Of a stretch of 64,000 nucleotides of DNA, positions 45,458 to 54,487 are shown piece after piece; within the stretch, counting starts at the first letter, position 1; each line of letters begins with the position of its first letter. This DNA is from a candidate division WOR-3 bacterium. Lineage in GTDB: Bacteria > Hydrothermota > Tepidihabitantia > Tepidihabitantales > Tepidihabitantaceae. The stretch is from the NCBI GenBank assembly GCA_039801085.1, contig JBDRTY010000002.1, forward strand, positions 193,339 to 257,338, written 5' to 3'. A program made the position numbers and the translations under genes. Below the pieces are notes generated by a model, which saw nothing but the letters and a program-made list of their open reading frames with translations, was not told where the DNA came from and searched no databases.

Positions 45458-46849
45458 TCAGGCCGGTTTGCCCAAAAGGAGCCAGGCGAGCGCCAGATAG
45501 ATTGCGGTGCCGAAGATATCGGCAATGGTGGTAATCAGGGGGGTACTGGCAGTTGCCGGGTCTTTCTTAAGTTTCGTAAAGATGAACGGCAGGCTGATGC
45601 CGACTGCACTGCCCACAATAACATTAATTACCATCGCAAGTACAACTACCGGTGCAATTCTGATACCGCCCCGAATGATGCCCATAATTGAGATGCCCAG
45701 ACCCATGGTCAGTCCGAGTGCAGCTGCCAGCAGAATTTCTTTACCCAGCAGATAAATCCAGTCGCGCATCCGAACTGTGCCGACCGCCAGCGCCCGGATC
45801 ACCAGGGTAGCGGACTGGGAGCCGGCATTGCCGGCAGTATCGACAAGTACCGGCAGAAATGTTACGAGGACAACATACCTTGCCAGCAGTTCGGAAAATC
45901 CCTGAATGATACCGCCGGTGATCAGGTCCATTACCAGAAGGGCGAGCAGCCAGACCACCCGGCTGCGATACAGAAGTTTTAACGGGACCTCGCGCAGTTT
46001 GGTGATGAAGGTCAGGTCAATCTTGCCCGGGTGAATACCGGAGATTTTGGTGATGTCCTCAGTCTGTTCCTCACGCAGGATGTCCAGGATATCGTCAATG
46101 GTGACAATCCCGAGCAGTACGCCTTCGCTATTGACTACCGGCAGGGCGAGCAGGTCATAACGCTGCATGATTCTCGCCGCCTCCTCCTGATCGGTGTTGG
46201 CTTCAGCGGAAATGACCTGATTGTCCATCAGGGTCTCAATATTCTCTTCAGGAGCGGCAAGGATCAGTTTGCGCAGGGGGATGTCGTCAATGAGCCGGTT
46301 CTGATCATCGACGACATAAACTGTATTGATGGTTTCCGCATCCACCCCGTTTTTGCGGATGTGTTCCAGTGCCTGCCGCACGGTCCAGTGTGAACGAACC
46401 GCAACATAGTCGGGTGTCAGGAGCCGGCCGACACTGTTTTCCGGGAAGCCGAGGCTCAGGAGGGTCTCACGGCGGTCCTCCGGTGAGAGCAGGTTGAGTG
46501 CGCGCTGGATCAGTTCCGGCGGCAGGTCCTCAAACAGTTCAGTGCGGTCATCCGGAGCCAGTTCTGCCATCAGCGCCTTGACCTGTTCGTCGGTGAGATT
46601 GCGGATCAGGGTAAGCTGGGTGTCAGGGTCAAATTCCGCAAACACCTCGGACTGGAGGTGGCGAGGTAGGAGCCGGAAAAGGATAACTACATCCGGTTCC
46701 CTGAGTGTGGAAATCAGATCGGCGATGTCCGGGGCGGGCCAGAAGGAAAGCACATCCTTGAGCGCATGCCAGTTCTTCTGTCTGATGAGTTCGATGATTT
46801 CCGGTTCCAGCAGCTGGCGGAGGATGTTGACGCGCTTTCTTTCCGGCAT
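45458..46849 (-). CDS. mgtE: Magnesium transporter
   Basis: It has the MgtE N-domain, tandem CBS domains and a five-TM C-terminus. Confidence 0.9.
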   Translation of the reverse strand: MPERKRVNILRQLLEPEIIELIRQKNWHALKDVLSFWPAPDIADLISTLREPDVVILFRLLPRHLQSEVFAEFDPDTQLTLIRNLTDEQVKALMAELAPDDRTELFEDLPPELIQRALNLLSPEDRRETLLSLGFPENSVGRLLTPDYVAVRSHWTVRQALEHIRKNGVDAETINTVYVVDDQNRLIDDIPLRKLILAAPEENIETLMDNQVISAEANTDQEEAARIMQRYDLLALPVVNSEGVLLGIVTIDDILDILREEQTEDITKISGIHPGKIDLTFITKLREVPLKLLYRSRVVWLLALLVMDLITGGIIQGFSELLARYVVLVTFLPVLVDTAGNAGSQSATLVIRALAVGTVRMRDWIYLLGKEILLAAALGLTMGLGISIMGIIRGGIRIAPVVVLAMVINVIVGSAVGISLPFIFTKLKKDPATASTPLITTIADIFGTAIYLALAWLLLGKPA

Positions 46850-46893
46850 AACTGTTATAATAATTGATTATCGGTTGATTGCAAGTTTGATCA

Positions 46894-46922
46894 CTTGACA
46901 AAAGCGCAGTCGGCGGTTATTT
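46894..46922 (+). promoter_or_regulatory. Sigma-70-like promoter (TTGACA-17-TATTTT) about 7 nt upstream of the ATG of the 46930 gene, implying a leaderless or near-leaderless transcript
   Basis: The sequence is cacTTGACAaaagcgcagtcggcggtTATTTTaatccgATG. Confidence 0.35.
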
Positions 46923-46929
46923 TAATCCG

Positions 46930-48399
46930 ATGAGCGGCATTCTGCTGTTCGTGCTGCTGTTATCCAGAGCGGAGGGGTTTTACAAGGATGTCTTTATGGA
47001 TGGCGGAACCGGACTCACCGGTCGCACCCGGCTCTATGCGGCGGAAAGTCTGGGGTTGAGTCTTGAGTTTATCTCCGCACAGGATTCAATCCTGCTGCGC
47101 CGGGTGATCACCGGCTGTTCGCTCGATGATAACGGTTATCTGCTCTATCCGGATGGCGCTCCCCGGTTCCGGGTGATTTTCACCAATGGCGGAGATGCGG
47201 TAACCCACAGCCGGGCGCTGGGTGATTCGGGCCGGCAGCGTATCCGGCAGTTCTTTGCCGCAGGCGGCAGTTACACCGGTGCCTGTGCCGGTGCCTATCT
47301 GGCTTCGCTGTCCAATCAGGATTCCGGTATCTCCCCGTATTTCTATCACCTCTGGCCCGGCAGGACAAAAAATACCGCTATCAGCAGTGCTTGGGTAGGG
47401 AATTTTATCCCTCAGAATTCACCGCTGCTGGCTTACGACTCATTCGGGGGCGATTTCTATATCAGCGGTCTCTATCTCAACGGCGGTCCCTACGCCAATG
47501 AATCGCTGGACTGGCCGGCGGGAACCGAGGTGCTTTTGCGTTACGACACTCTCGGACATCCGGCGCACAACCGTTGTGCGGGCTGGGCCTGGAAGGGCGC
47601 AGATACCAGCGGGCGGGTGGTAGTGATTGGCACCCATCCTGAGGGTTTCAGTTCTGGTGAGCGGCTCCATCTGATGATGACAGTGCTCAGGTATGCGCTG
47701 GATGGGGTCGGGTTGCCACGCTTGAAAGCAGTTCTTCAGTCCGGGGTTCCGCGCATTATGGATCGGGGTATGGAGGCGCCTGAGTTTGCCCGGATCGGTG
47801 ACCGGCAGTATCATCATTTTGCGATTGATGTACCGCCAGGGGCTGAATCGCTCTGCGTGCTGGTTCAGGGAGCGGATTCATTTCAGCTCAACCTTTATCT
47901 GAAATGGAATGGATTTGCCTTTCGCTCCAGCTGTGATTTTGCGGATACTGCGCCCGGAGCCGGTAAATTGATGACGGTCCGGTCTCCTGCCGGAGGCATG
48001 TGGTATATCGGAGTTGAATGTGCTACTACCGTAAACTGCGTTAACGACAGTTTTCCGGTTTATTTCGGCAGAATGGAAGTGCTGAACGGTGTGCCGTACA
48101 GTGTTAATGCCTGGTGGGGAGGAATCGGAATTGCCGAAGACCGCTGGATAACGCTTAAGAAGCAGCCGGGTTTAAGTCCCAATCCGGCAAGGGGTTTTTG
48201 CAATCTGTATCTGCCAGCTGGTAAAGGGGAGATTGCCGTATTTGACCGGATGGGCAGGAAGGTGCAGAATGAACTGGCTGTAATCACTTCTTGCGGTTCC
48301 GGCGTTTACCATCTCCGGTTTGCCCGTTCATTGCCAGCCGGAGTTTATCTGATTACCGGACCGGGTGGATTCCGGAAACCGCTGGTACTGCTGCGCTGA
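46930..48399 (+). CDS. Secreted protein with T9SS C-terminal sorting domain
   Basis: It has a signal peptide and a C-terminal GVYHLRFARSLPAGVYLITGPGGFRKPLVLLR. Confidence 0.55.
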   Translation: MSGILLFVLLLSRAEGFYKDVFMDGGTGLTGRTRLYAAESLGLSLEFISAQDSILLRRVITGCSLDDNGYLLYPDGAPRFRVIFTNGGDAVTHSRALGDSGRQRIRQFFAAGGSYTGACAGAYLASLSNQDSGISPYFYHLWPGRTKNTAISSAWVGNFIPQNSPLLAYDSFGGDFYISGLYLNGGPYANESLDWPAGTEVLLRYDTLGHPAHNRCAGWAWKGADTSGRVVVIGTHPEGFSSGERLHLMMTVLRYALDGVGLPRLKAVLQSGVPRIMDRGMEAPEFARIGDRQYHHFAIDVPPGAESLCVLVQGADSFQLNLYLKWNGFAFRSSCDFADTAPGAGKLMTVRSPAGGMWYIGVECATTVNCVNDSFPVYFGRMEVLNGVPYSVNAWWGGIGIAEDRWITLKKQPGLSPNPARGFCNLYLPAGKGEIAVFDRMGRKVQNELAVITSCGSGVYHLRFARSLPAGVYLITGPGGFRKPLVLLR

Positions 48400-48440
48400 G
48401 GGTTTTGCTTGACACCCGGGTGGAAAGCGGTTAAATTTTT

Positions 48441-48887
48441 ATGTTAATGAGGTTTCTGATTCTGCTTTTACCTCTCAGCGCTGCCTTTCTGCTTTTCTGT
48501 CCGGCGAAGAATAAGACTCAGGTGCGGGAGACCGTACCGGCTGAGAGTCAGGCACCGCTGACAACCGTCCCGGCGCACCAAACTGCTGATGAGTCTTCAC
48601 CACCGGCGCCGAGCGTTTCCTTCCAGCGGGATGTGCTGCCGATTCTCAGGGAGCTGGCAGGTGATTGTCATACAAAGGAGGATATGGCGGGTAATTATGC
48701 GCTGGACTCCTATGAGGCGGTGATGGCAGGAGGCACCGATTCGGTCCCGAATGTAGTCCCGGGCAAGCCGGATTCCAGTCTCCTTTTTATTTATCTGCAG
48801 AAAGGTCATCCCTTCGGCAGAAAACCGGCACCGGAGCAGCTTGAGGTGATCCGGCAGTGGATTCTTCAGGGCGCGAAGAACAATTGA
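48441..48887 (+). CDS. PSCyt1-like (planctomycete cytochrome-C-like) domain protein, secreted
   Basis: It has a signal peptide, and FQRDVLPILRELAGDCH...VPGKPDSSLL...IRQWILQGA matches the PSCyt1 pattern. It has a single Cys-His, not a CXXCH haem site. Confidence 0.5.
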   Translation: MLMRFLILLLPLSAAFLLFCPAKNKTQVRETVPAESQAPLTTVPAHQTADESSPPAPSVSFQRDVLPILRELAGDCHTKEDMAGNYALDSYEAVMAGGTDSVPNVVPGKPDSSLLFIYLQKGHPFGRKPAPEQLEVIRQWILQGAKNN

Positions 48888-48897
48888 AGGAGGGCTG

Positions 48898-49332
48898 ATG
48901 GAAGCAACTGTGCGCTGGACCGGTATGATGCAGTTTGTGGGTATCTCCGGTTCCAGCCACGCGGTGGTTCTGGATACCGGACCGGATCACGGTGGAGCCG
49001 ATACGGCGGCAACACCGATGGAACTGCTGCTGACTGCCCTTGCCGGCTGCACCGGAATGGATGTGGTTTCACTGCTGAAAAAAATGCGGGTCAATTTTAC
49101 CGGTCTGGAGATAAAAGCAAAGGGGGAGCGCAGGGATGAGCACCCGCGCATCTTCACCAGTATTGAACTGGAATATGTGGTTTACGGTAACGGCGTTGAC
49201 CGGGCAGCGGTCCAGCGGGCGGTTGAGCTCTCGCAGGAGAAGTACTGCTCGGTGCGGGCAATGCTCCGTTCTGACTGTCCGGTCAGGTTCAGAGTAGAGA
49301 TTATTGAGAACGCCGGAGAGTCCAATGCTTGA
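48898..49332 (+). CDS. osmC: OsmC/Ohr-family peroxiredoxin-like protein
   Basis: It has the two conserved Cys (LAGCTGMD...C) and OsmC length. Confidence 0.8.
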   Translation: MEATVRWTGMMQFVGISGSSHAVVLDTGPDHGGADTAATPMELLLTALAGCTGMDVVSLLKKMRVNFTGLEIKAKGERRDEHPRIFTSIELEYVVYGNGVDRAAVQRAVELSQEKYCSVRAMLRSDCPVRFRVEIIENAGESNA

Positions 49333-49363
49333 CAACAGTTTACAAAAGTCTAAAATAATTAAA

Positions 49364-49954
49364 ATGAAAAGGAGGACTGCCTTGCGTCGAACATTTTTTG
49401 TTCTTGCGCTCGGTCTGCTGGCACTTGTGCTGCTGCCAGCCTGTCAGCGGGAGAATGCGTTGCGGGTTGTTTCAGTGGATTCACCATATTATGCCGATCT
49501 GGTAGATTACGGACAGGAGCGGGATGAGGAAGGTACTATAACCGAAATTGAAGTTACGCCGATTGATGTTGTGGGAGTGAAATTCCAGTATGTGGAAATC
49601 GGGCCGGGATTGCCGACCTGGACACCCTATCAGGCACATGTGGAGAAGGTAACCATATCCTTCAAGCGCATCGGTGGGGATGAACTTTACCAGCCGCTGC
49701 CTAATATTACCGTGCCGTGCAAGGTGGTAGTGCAGGCTGATCCGACCGGGAAGAAAATCGTCAGCGGTTCGTTTGAGCTTTTCTCCGCCTGGTATAAGGA
49801 AGAATATCTTTCCGGATACGATTATCTGGTTCTGGAGGCAACGCTTAAATTCTCCGGCTATGATGATGCCTCGGGCAAGCCGATCGAGGCGGTAAACAAG
49901 ATGGAAGTTTCGGTTGCGGATTTCTACGACGACCCGACCCGAATCGGACAGTAA
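49364..49954 (+). CDS. Hypothetical lipoprotein
   Basis: It has a lipobox (LLPAC). The start is at the ATG at 49364 or the TTG at about 49382; the latter has a good AAGGAGG SD. Confidence 0.45.
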   Translation: MKRRTALRRTFFVLALGLLALVLLPACQRENALRVVSVDSPYYADLVDYGQERDEEGTITEIEVTPIDVVGVKFQYVEIGPGLPTWTPYQAHVEKVTISFKRIGGDELYQPLPNITVPCKVVVQADPTGKKIVSGSFELFSAWYKEEYLSGYDYLVLEATLKFSGYDDASGKPIEAVNKMEVSVADFYDDPTRIGQ

Positions 49955-50003
49955 GAAGTTTTTTATCAGTCGCAGCAGTTAAATCAAACTCAAAGGAGGT
50001 TGG

Positions 50004-51962
50004 ATGCGCCGTCTGACAGTATTACCTTTAATTTTGCTGGCGGTCTCTGCTTTTGCCTATACCGGATTTGGCGGTGGCAGAGGCCTTTTCCGGGTTCAGG
50101 ATGCCCAGACCGAAGAGGCGGGCCTGAATGTGGCGCTGCATCTTCTGGGCAGGAATCCGTCCTATATTGACACTGTCGGAGATTCAAAGAAAGGTTATAT
50201 TGGGGACCTGCTGGCACCGACCCTGCATTATACTCCGATTTCATCCCGGTATGTGGGAGCAGAAATTTTTGCCACCTGGGGCGGAATTTTCCAGTACGCA
50301 CCCGGGTTTTCCGGTGACCTGCCTTATGATATGGGATTGCACGATCTGAAGGCGGGTGCCAAACTTTCTATCCCTTATCTGCCGGTGCTGAAACTTGGAG
50401 GTATGGCATCTTACACTTTCATCTTCCGGGATCAGACCAGAAACTGGATCGACCCGCAGGCGATTTCAGCTGATACCTTCAGCTGGGCAGGTCTGGCAAC
50501 CCTGCGGTTTCAGGATTTTGTTTCCTCGCTGCCCAATCTTCATCTGAACTATGGCAAATCCGGCTCCTGGACCAATTATGGTGCCGGGCTGGAACTGGCA
50601 GCTGAGGGGCTGGCGATCTTTGCCGAAATGACCTCCCGGCAGGGACCGAACTCGAACGGTATCCTTGATACCGATAACGGACTGGTCCGGTTGACGCCTG
50701 GGGTATCATTCGGCAGCCGGCGCGGTCTGGCACTTTCGCTGGGCTATACCTTCAGTCTGAGCTCAGGTGTTCCGAATGAGGTGATCTTCGGTCTTAATGT
50801 TGCCACGCCGTTCTTCCGCAGGGCGCCGGTGGTTTACGGCGAGTTTTCGGGCAAGGTGATTGACGCGTCAACCCGTGCCCCGCTGGCAGCGCTGGTGGAA
50901 TTTCCGGACAATCCGAAGCTGAAGCCGCTGACCGTTGATGCCAGCGGGCTGTTCCTGCTGAAGAAACTGCCCACCGGTGTCCTCAAGGTCCGGGTGACCG
51001 CCGATGGTTACCGACAGCTTGAGACTTTCGTCAATGTTGAAACGAAACCGAAAGAGCCGGTGCTCTTTGAACTTTATCCGCTGGTGACCTACGGCACGCT
51101 TGCCGGTGCGGTTACCGATGCCAAGACCGGAAAGCCGCTGGCAGCAACAATCGCATTTGCTGAGGGCGGTATTGAGCCGGTGAGCAGTAATCCCGGCACC
51201 GGAGCGTTCCGCAAGGACAACATTCCAGTGGGCACCTATACGATCACCGCCAGTGCGGAAGGCTATTTCCCGTCTACGGTTACGATCCAGATCCGGGAAA
51301 ATCAGATCACCAGTCAGACATTTGCCCTTAATCCGCTGACGGTCAAGTCGGTTCTGACCGGCACAGTGATCGACCGGGGCAGCGAACAGCCGCTCGCCGC
51401 CAGAATCATCCTTCGGGATGCAACGACCGGTAACACGATTACTGAGGTGAACAGTGAACCGGGTACCGGTGTTTATGTCATTGAAGCGCCGGTCGGCGCC
51501 TATTCGGTTACTGCCCAGGCGGAGGGCTACATTGATCAGTCCGCAGCAGTTGTGCTCCAGGAGGGCAAACCGGCGACCCACAACTTCGCACTCGTCAAGG
51601 TGGGAACAACGGTAACGCTCAAGGGGATATACTTCGACTTCAACAAGGCGACGATCAGATTCCCAGAATCGCAGGAGGCGCTGCAGGCTGCCTACAACAT
51701 CCTGAAGGAAAATCCGACGATCAGGGTGGAGATTCAGGGACATACCGACAATGTCGGTTCGGATGAATACAACCAGCGGCTTTCCGAACAGCGCGCCTGG
51801 GCGGTGGTCAATTATCTCGTCCAGCAGATGGGAGTGGATCCGGCCCGGTTGATTGCCAAGGGGTATGGCGAGAGCATGCCCAAGGCACCGAATGACACTC
51901 CCGAAGGCCGGGCGCTTAACCGCCGGGTGGAGTTTGTTGTTATCGGGGAACTGGGTAAGTAA
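50004..51962 (+). CDS. OmpA-family protein with N-terminal beta-barrel-like region, carboxypeptidase-regulatory-like domains and C-terminal OmpA peptidoglycan-binding domain
   Basis: It has an AAAGGAGG SD and a signal peptide. The C-terminus (FDFNKATI...QGHTDNVGSDEYNQRLSEQRA...NRRVEF) is OmpA_C. Confidence 0.8.
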   Translation: MRRLTVLPLILLAVSAFAYTGFGGGRGLFRVQDAQTEEAGLNVALHLLGRNPSYIDTVGDSKKGYIGDLLAPTLHYTPISSRYVGAEIFATWGGIFQYAPGFSGDLPYDMGLHDLKAGAKLSIPYLPVLKLGGMASYTFIFRDQTRNWIDPQAISADTFSWAGLATLRFQDFVSSLPNLHLNYGKSGSWTNYGAGLELAAEGLAIFAEMTSRQGPNSNGILDTDNGLVRLTPGVSFGSRRGLALSLGYTFSLSSGVPNEVIFGLNVATPFFRRAPVVYGEFSGKVIDASTRAPLAALVEFPDNPKLKPLTVDASGLFLLKKLPTGVLKVRVTADGYRQLETFVNVETKPKEPVLFELYPLVTYGTLAGAVTDAKTGKPLAATIAFAEGGIEPVSSNPGTGAFRKDNIPVGTYTITASAEGYFPSTVTIQIRENQITSQTFALNPLTVKSVLTGTVIDRGSEQPLAARIILRDATTGNTITEVNSEPGTGVYVIEAPVGAYSVTAQAEGYIDQSAAVVLQEGKPATHNFALVKVGTTVTLKGIYFDFNKATIRFPESQEALQAAYNILKENPTIRVEIQGHTDNVGSDEYNQRLSEQRAWAVVNYLVQQMGVDPARLIAKGYGESMPKAPNDTPEGRALNRRVEFVVIGELGK

Positions 51963-51982
51963 TACTGCCGTGCAGGATCACG

Positions 51983-52012
51983 GGGGCTCATATTGAGCCC
52001 CCTTTTAATTTT
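51983..52012 (+). terminator. Rho-independent terminator
   Basis: It is GGGGGCTCA-tat-TGAGCCCCC followed by TTTTAATTTT. Confidence 0.7.
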
Positions 52013-52066
52013 ATGCCAAGTTTGACAGTCAGGGGAAATTACCTATGCTGAACTGAAAGGAGGTTA

Positions 52067-52459
52067 ATGGAAGCGAGTATCAGTTCGATTACCGGTGCGG
52101 ACCGGATAAAATCCAACATCCAGGGGATGAAAGGCTGGCTCAAGCTCCTGGGGATCGTGCAGATTGTTGCCGGGATTCTGCAGGCGCTGACGCTTTTCGG
52201 CATCTTCTGGGCATGGCTGCCGATCTGGCTGGGCATTATTCTTAACGGTGCAGCGAACAGGGCGGGTGAGTATGGGGAAAAGGGTGATGAGCAGGCGCTG
52301 GCGGAGTTTACCAGTAAGCTGAAACTCTATTTTATCATCAACGGGGTGATGATGATCATCTCGCTGGCGGTGGTGGCGCTGGCGCTGATGGTGCTTGGTC
52401 TGCTGGCAATTCTGGGGGTGATCAGCCTTCCCAGCCTGATAGAACGTTTCCGGGATTAG
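52067..52459 (+). CDS. Hypothetical small membrane protein
   Basis: It has an AGGAGG SD and three hydrophobic helices. Confidence 0.45.
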   Translation: MEASISSITGADRIKSNIQGMKGWLKLLGIVQIVAGILQALTLFGIFWAWLPIWLGIILNGAANRAGEYGEKGDEQALAEFTSKLKLYFIINGVMMIISLAVVALALMVLGLLAILGVISLPSLIERFRD

Positions 52460-52484
52460 AATCCGGGAACTGTCGGAACCGGCT

Positions 52485-52781
52485 TTATTCAGCAGAGGAG
52501 CGCTGTTCGGCGAGCCAGCGTTCGAGCGTCAGGTGCCAGGATTTTGTCTCATCGCCGATGGTCTCACCGTCCCAGCGGGCAAGAACCCGGTCGCCTTCAA
52601 TTGCCACGACCAGCGGCGGGCTGTCGGTCCAGTCGTAATAGGCAAAGTCGGCAAGATTTTCCACAGTAGCGTTCGGTCCGTCAACATAGCGCACCTGATA
52701 GGGCAGTCCCAGCCGGGCGAGAACCTGCTGTGCCTTGCTGCAAAGTTTACAGCCTTCACGGGCAAAGATGTGAAACTCCAT
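52485..52781 (-). CDS. Glutaredoxin-like thioredoxin-fold protein
   Basis: It has a CKLC (CxxC) motif near the N-terminus in a thioredoxin-fold context. Confidence 0.6.
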   Translation of the reverse strand: MEFHIFAREGCKLCSKAQQVLARLGLPYQVRYVDGPNATVENLADFAYYDWTDSPPLVVAIEGDRVLARWDGETIGDETKSWHLTLERWLAEQRSSAE

Positions 52782-52893
52782 TTTACCTCCTTTTGCTCAG
52801 GATATTTTGTTCAAAATTAACCACGAGGTGACCCAAGTCAAGATAAAATTGATTTTCGGAACCTGAACAATTCGGTTGCCGGTCTAATAAAAT

Positions 52894-53898
52894 ATGATGA
52901 GCGGTATTGCGCTGTTTGCCGGCGGCTGTTTCTGGTGTCTGGAGTATGTGTTTGAATCACTCCCCGGAGTGCTCCAGGTGACATCCGGCTATACCGGCGG
53001 TTCAATCCGCAATCCCACTTACGATCAGGTATGCTCGGGCAGAACCGGTCACTACGAGGCGGTGCGGATTGAATATGATCCGGAACAGATCGGCTATGAA
53101 CGGCTGCTTGAGATATTCTTTCAGAATGTTGATCCGACCGATGATGACGGGCAGTTTGCCGACCGCGGTCCCCAGTACCGGACCGCGATATTTTATCAGG
53201 ATTCACTCCAGCGCCAGCTGGCAGAGGAGGCGGTAAGGCGCCTGGAGGCGGCGAAGATCTTCCGCAAGCGGATTGTCACCCGGATTCAGCAGGCGGGTGA
53301 ATTCTATCCGGCGGAGGAGTATCATCAGGATTTCTACCGCAAATGTCCGGCGCGGTTTCACTCCTATCATCAGAGTTCAGGCAGACCGGTTTATGTGGAC
53401 AGAGTCTGGGAGAAGCATCCCTATTTCCGGCTTTTTCCCGAGCGTTCCGGTTACTGGCGCGGTTACCGCAAACCGGCACCTGAGATACTGAAAGAGATTC
53501 TTACCCCGCTTCAGTTCCGGGTGACCCAGGAGCAGGGAACTGAACCGCCGTTTAATAATGAGTTCTGGAACGAGAAGCGGGCCGGCATCTATGTGGATGT
53601 GGTTTCGGGCGAGCCGCTCTTTTCTTCCCGGCACAAGTTTGATTCCGGCACCGGCTGGCCCAGCTTCTATCAGCCGCTGGTTGCGGAAAATATCGTCACC
53701 CGTGAGGATCGGAGTCATAATCTGCTCCGGACGGAGGTCCGGTCCCGTTATGCCGACTCCCATCTCGGTCATCTTTTTGATGACGGTCCGCCCCCCACCG
53801 GCAGACGCTACTGTCTGAACTCGGCAGCCCTGCGCTTCATTCCCGAGGAGCAGCTGGCACTCTACGGCTATTCCGCCTTCAGTTCCGGCAACAAATAA
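52894..53898 (+). CDS. msrAB: Bifunctional peptide methionine sulfoxide reductase MsrA/MsrB
   Basis: It has the MsrA GCFWC active site and the MsrB C-terminal half ([19 protein letters not shown]). Confidence 0.85.
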   Translation: MMSGIALFAGGCFWCLEYVFESLPGVLQVTSGYTGGSIRNPTYDQVCSGRTGHYEAVRIEYDPEQIGYERLLEIFFQNVDPTDDDGQFADRGPQYRTAIFYQDSLQRQLAEEAVRRLEAAKIFRKRIVTRIQQAGEFYPAEEYHQDFYRKCPARFHSYHQSSGRPVYVDRVWEKHPYFRLFPERSGYWRGYRKPAPEILKEILTPLQFRVTQEQGTEPPFNNEFWNEKRAGIYVDVVSGEPLFSSRHKFDSGTGWPSFYQPLVAENIVTREDRSHNLLRTEVRSRYADSHLGHLFDDGPPPTGRRYCLNSAALRFIPEEQLALYGYSAFSSGNK

Positions 53899-53902
53899 AG
53901 AA

Positions 53903-53937
53903 GACGGGGCGGAGAAAAACCGCCCCGTCTGGTTTTT
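53903..53937. terminator. Bidirectional rho-independent terminator between convergent genes
   Basis: It is GACGGGGCGG-agaaaaa-CCGCCCCGTC flanked by T and A runs. Confidence 0.7.
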
Positions 53938-53951
53938 ATCCTTTTGACGCC

Positions 53952-54485
53952 TCAGCGCCCGAGGAGGAGCTTCACCGTCTGGCGGTGCTCACCGGCACGG
54001 AACCGGCAGAAGTAGACACCGCCGGCAAGGACCCGACCCGTCTGATCCGCCCCATCCCAGGTCAGCCGGTAGACCCCCGGCATCTGTACCGAGTTGACCA
54101 GTGTCCGCACCACCCGGCCGGAGAGGTCAACGATCTGCAGACTGACCGGTCCGGGTGTTGCCAGCGAGTAGCGGAGCACAGTTCGGCGCTGGAAGGGGTT
54201 GGGTTTCGGCGGATCGAGCCGGGTTACAAGCGGTGTCACCGTCTGCTGCTCCGGTTCGCGGTGCTCCTCCAGCCCGACCGCCGGCTCCGGCTGCCAGAAG
54301 CCGACAAGCGCCAGCAGGTTCGTACCGGTCATCCTGCCGGTAGCGGTCTGAGCGATGGTGGCACCACAGCGGTAATTACCGCTCATAATTCCGCCACTAC
54401 CTGCCACCACCTGCCAGTCACACCGGTAAGGCTGGGCTGAGAGGAACGCTGCCCCCAGCGCCAGTGCCAAAAGCAGCCGTTTCAT
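53952..54485 (-). CDS. Small secreted protein with T9SS C-terminal sorting domain
   Basis: It has a signal peptide and a C-terminal GVYFCRFRAGEHRQTVKLLLGR. Confidence 0.55.
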   Translation of the reverse strand: MKRLLLALALGAAFLSAQPYRCDWQVVAGSGGIMSGNYRCGATIAQTATGRMTGTNLLALVGFWQPEPAVGLEEHREPEQQTVTPLVTRLDPPKPNPFQRRTVLRYSLATPGPVSLQIVDLSGRVVRTLVNSVQMPGVYRLTWDGADQTGRVLAGGVYFCRFRAGEHRQTVKLLLGR

Positions 54486-54487
54486 CT

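Noticed and set aside
48441-48887. Possible c-type cytochrome because of the Cys-His dipeptide
   Set aside because: There is only one Cys (AGDCH) and no CXXCH motif. The pattern instead fits the non-haem PSCyt1 module.
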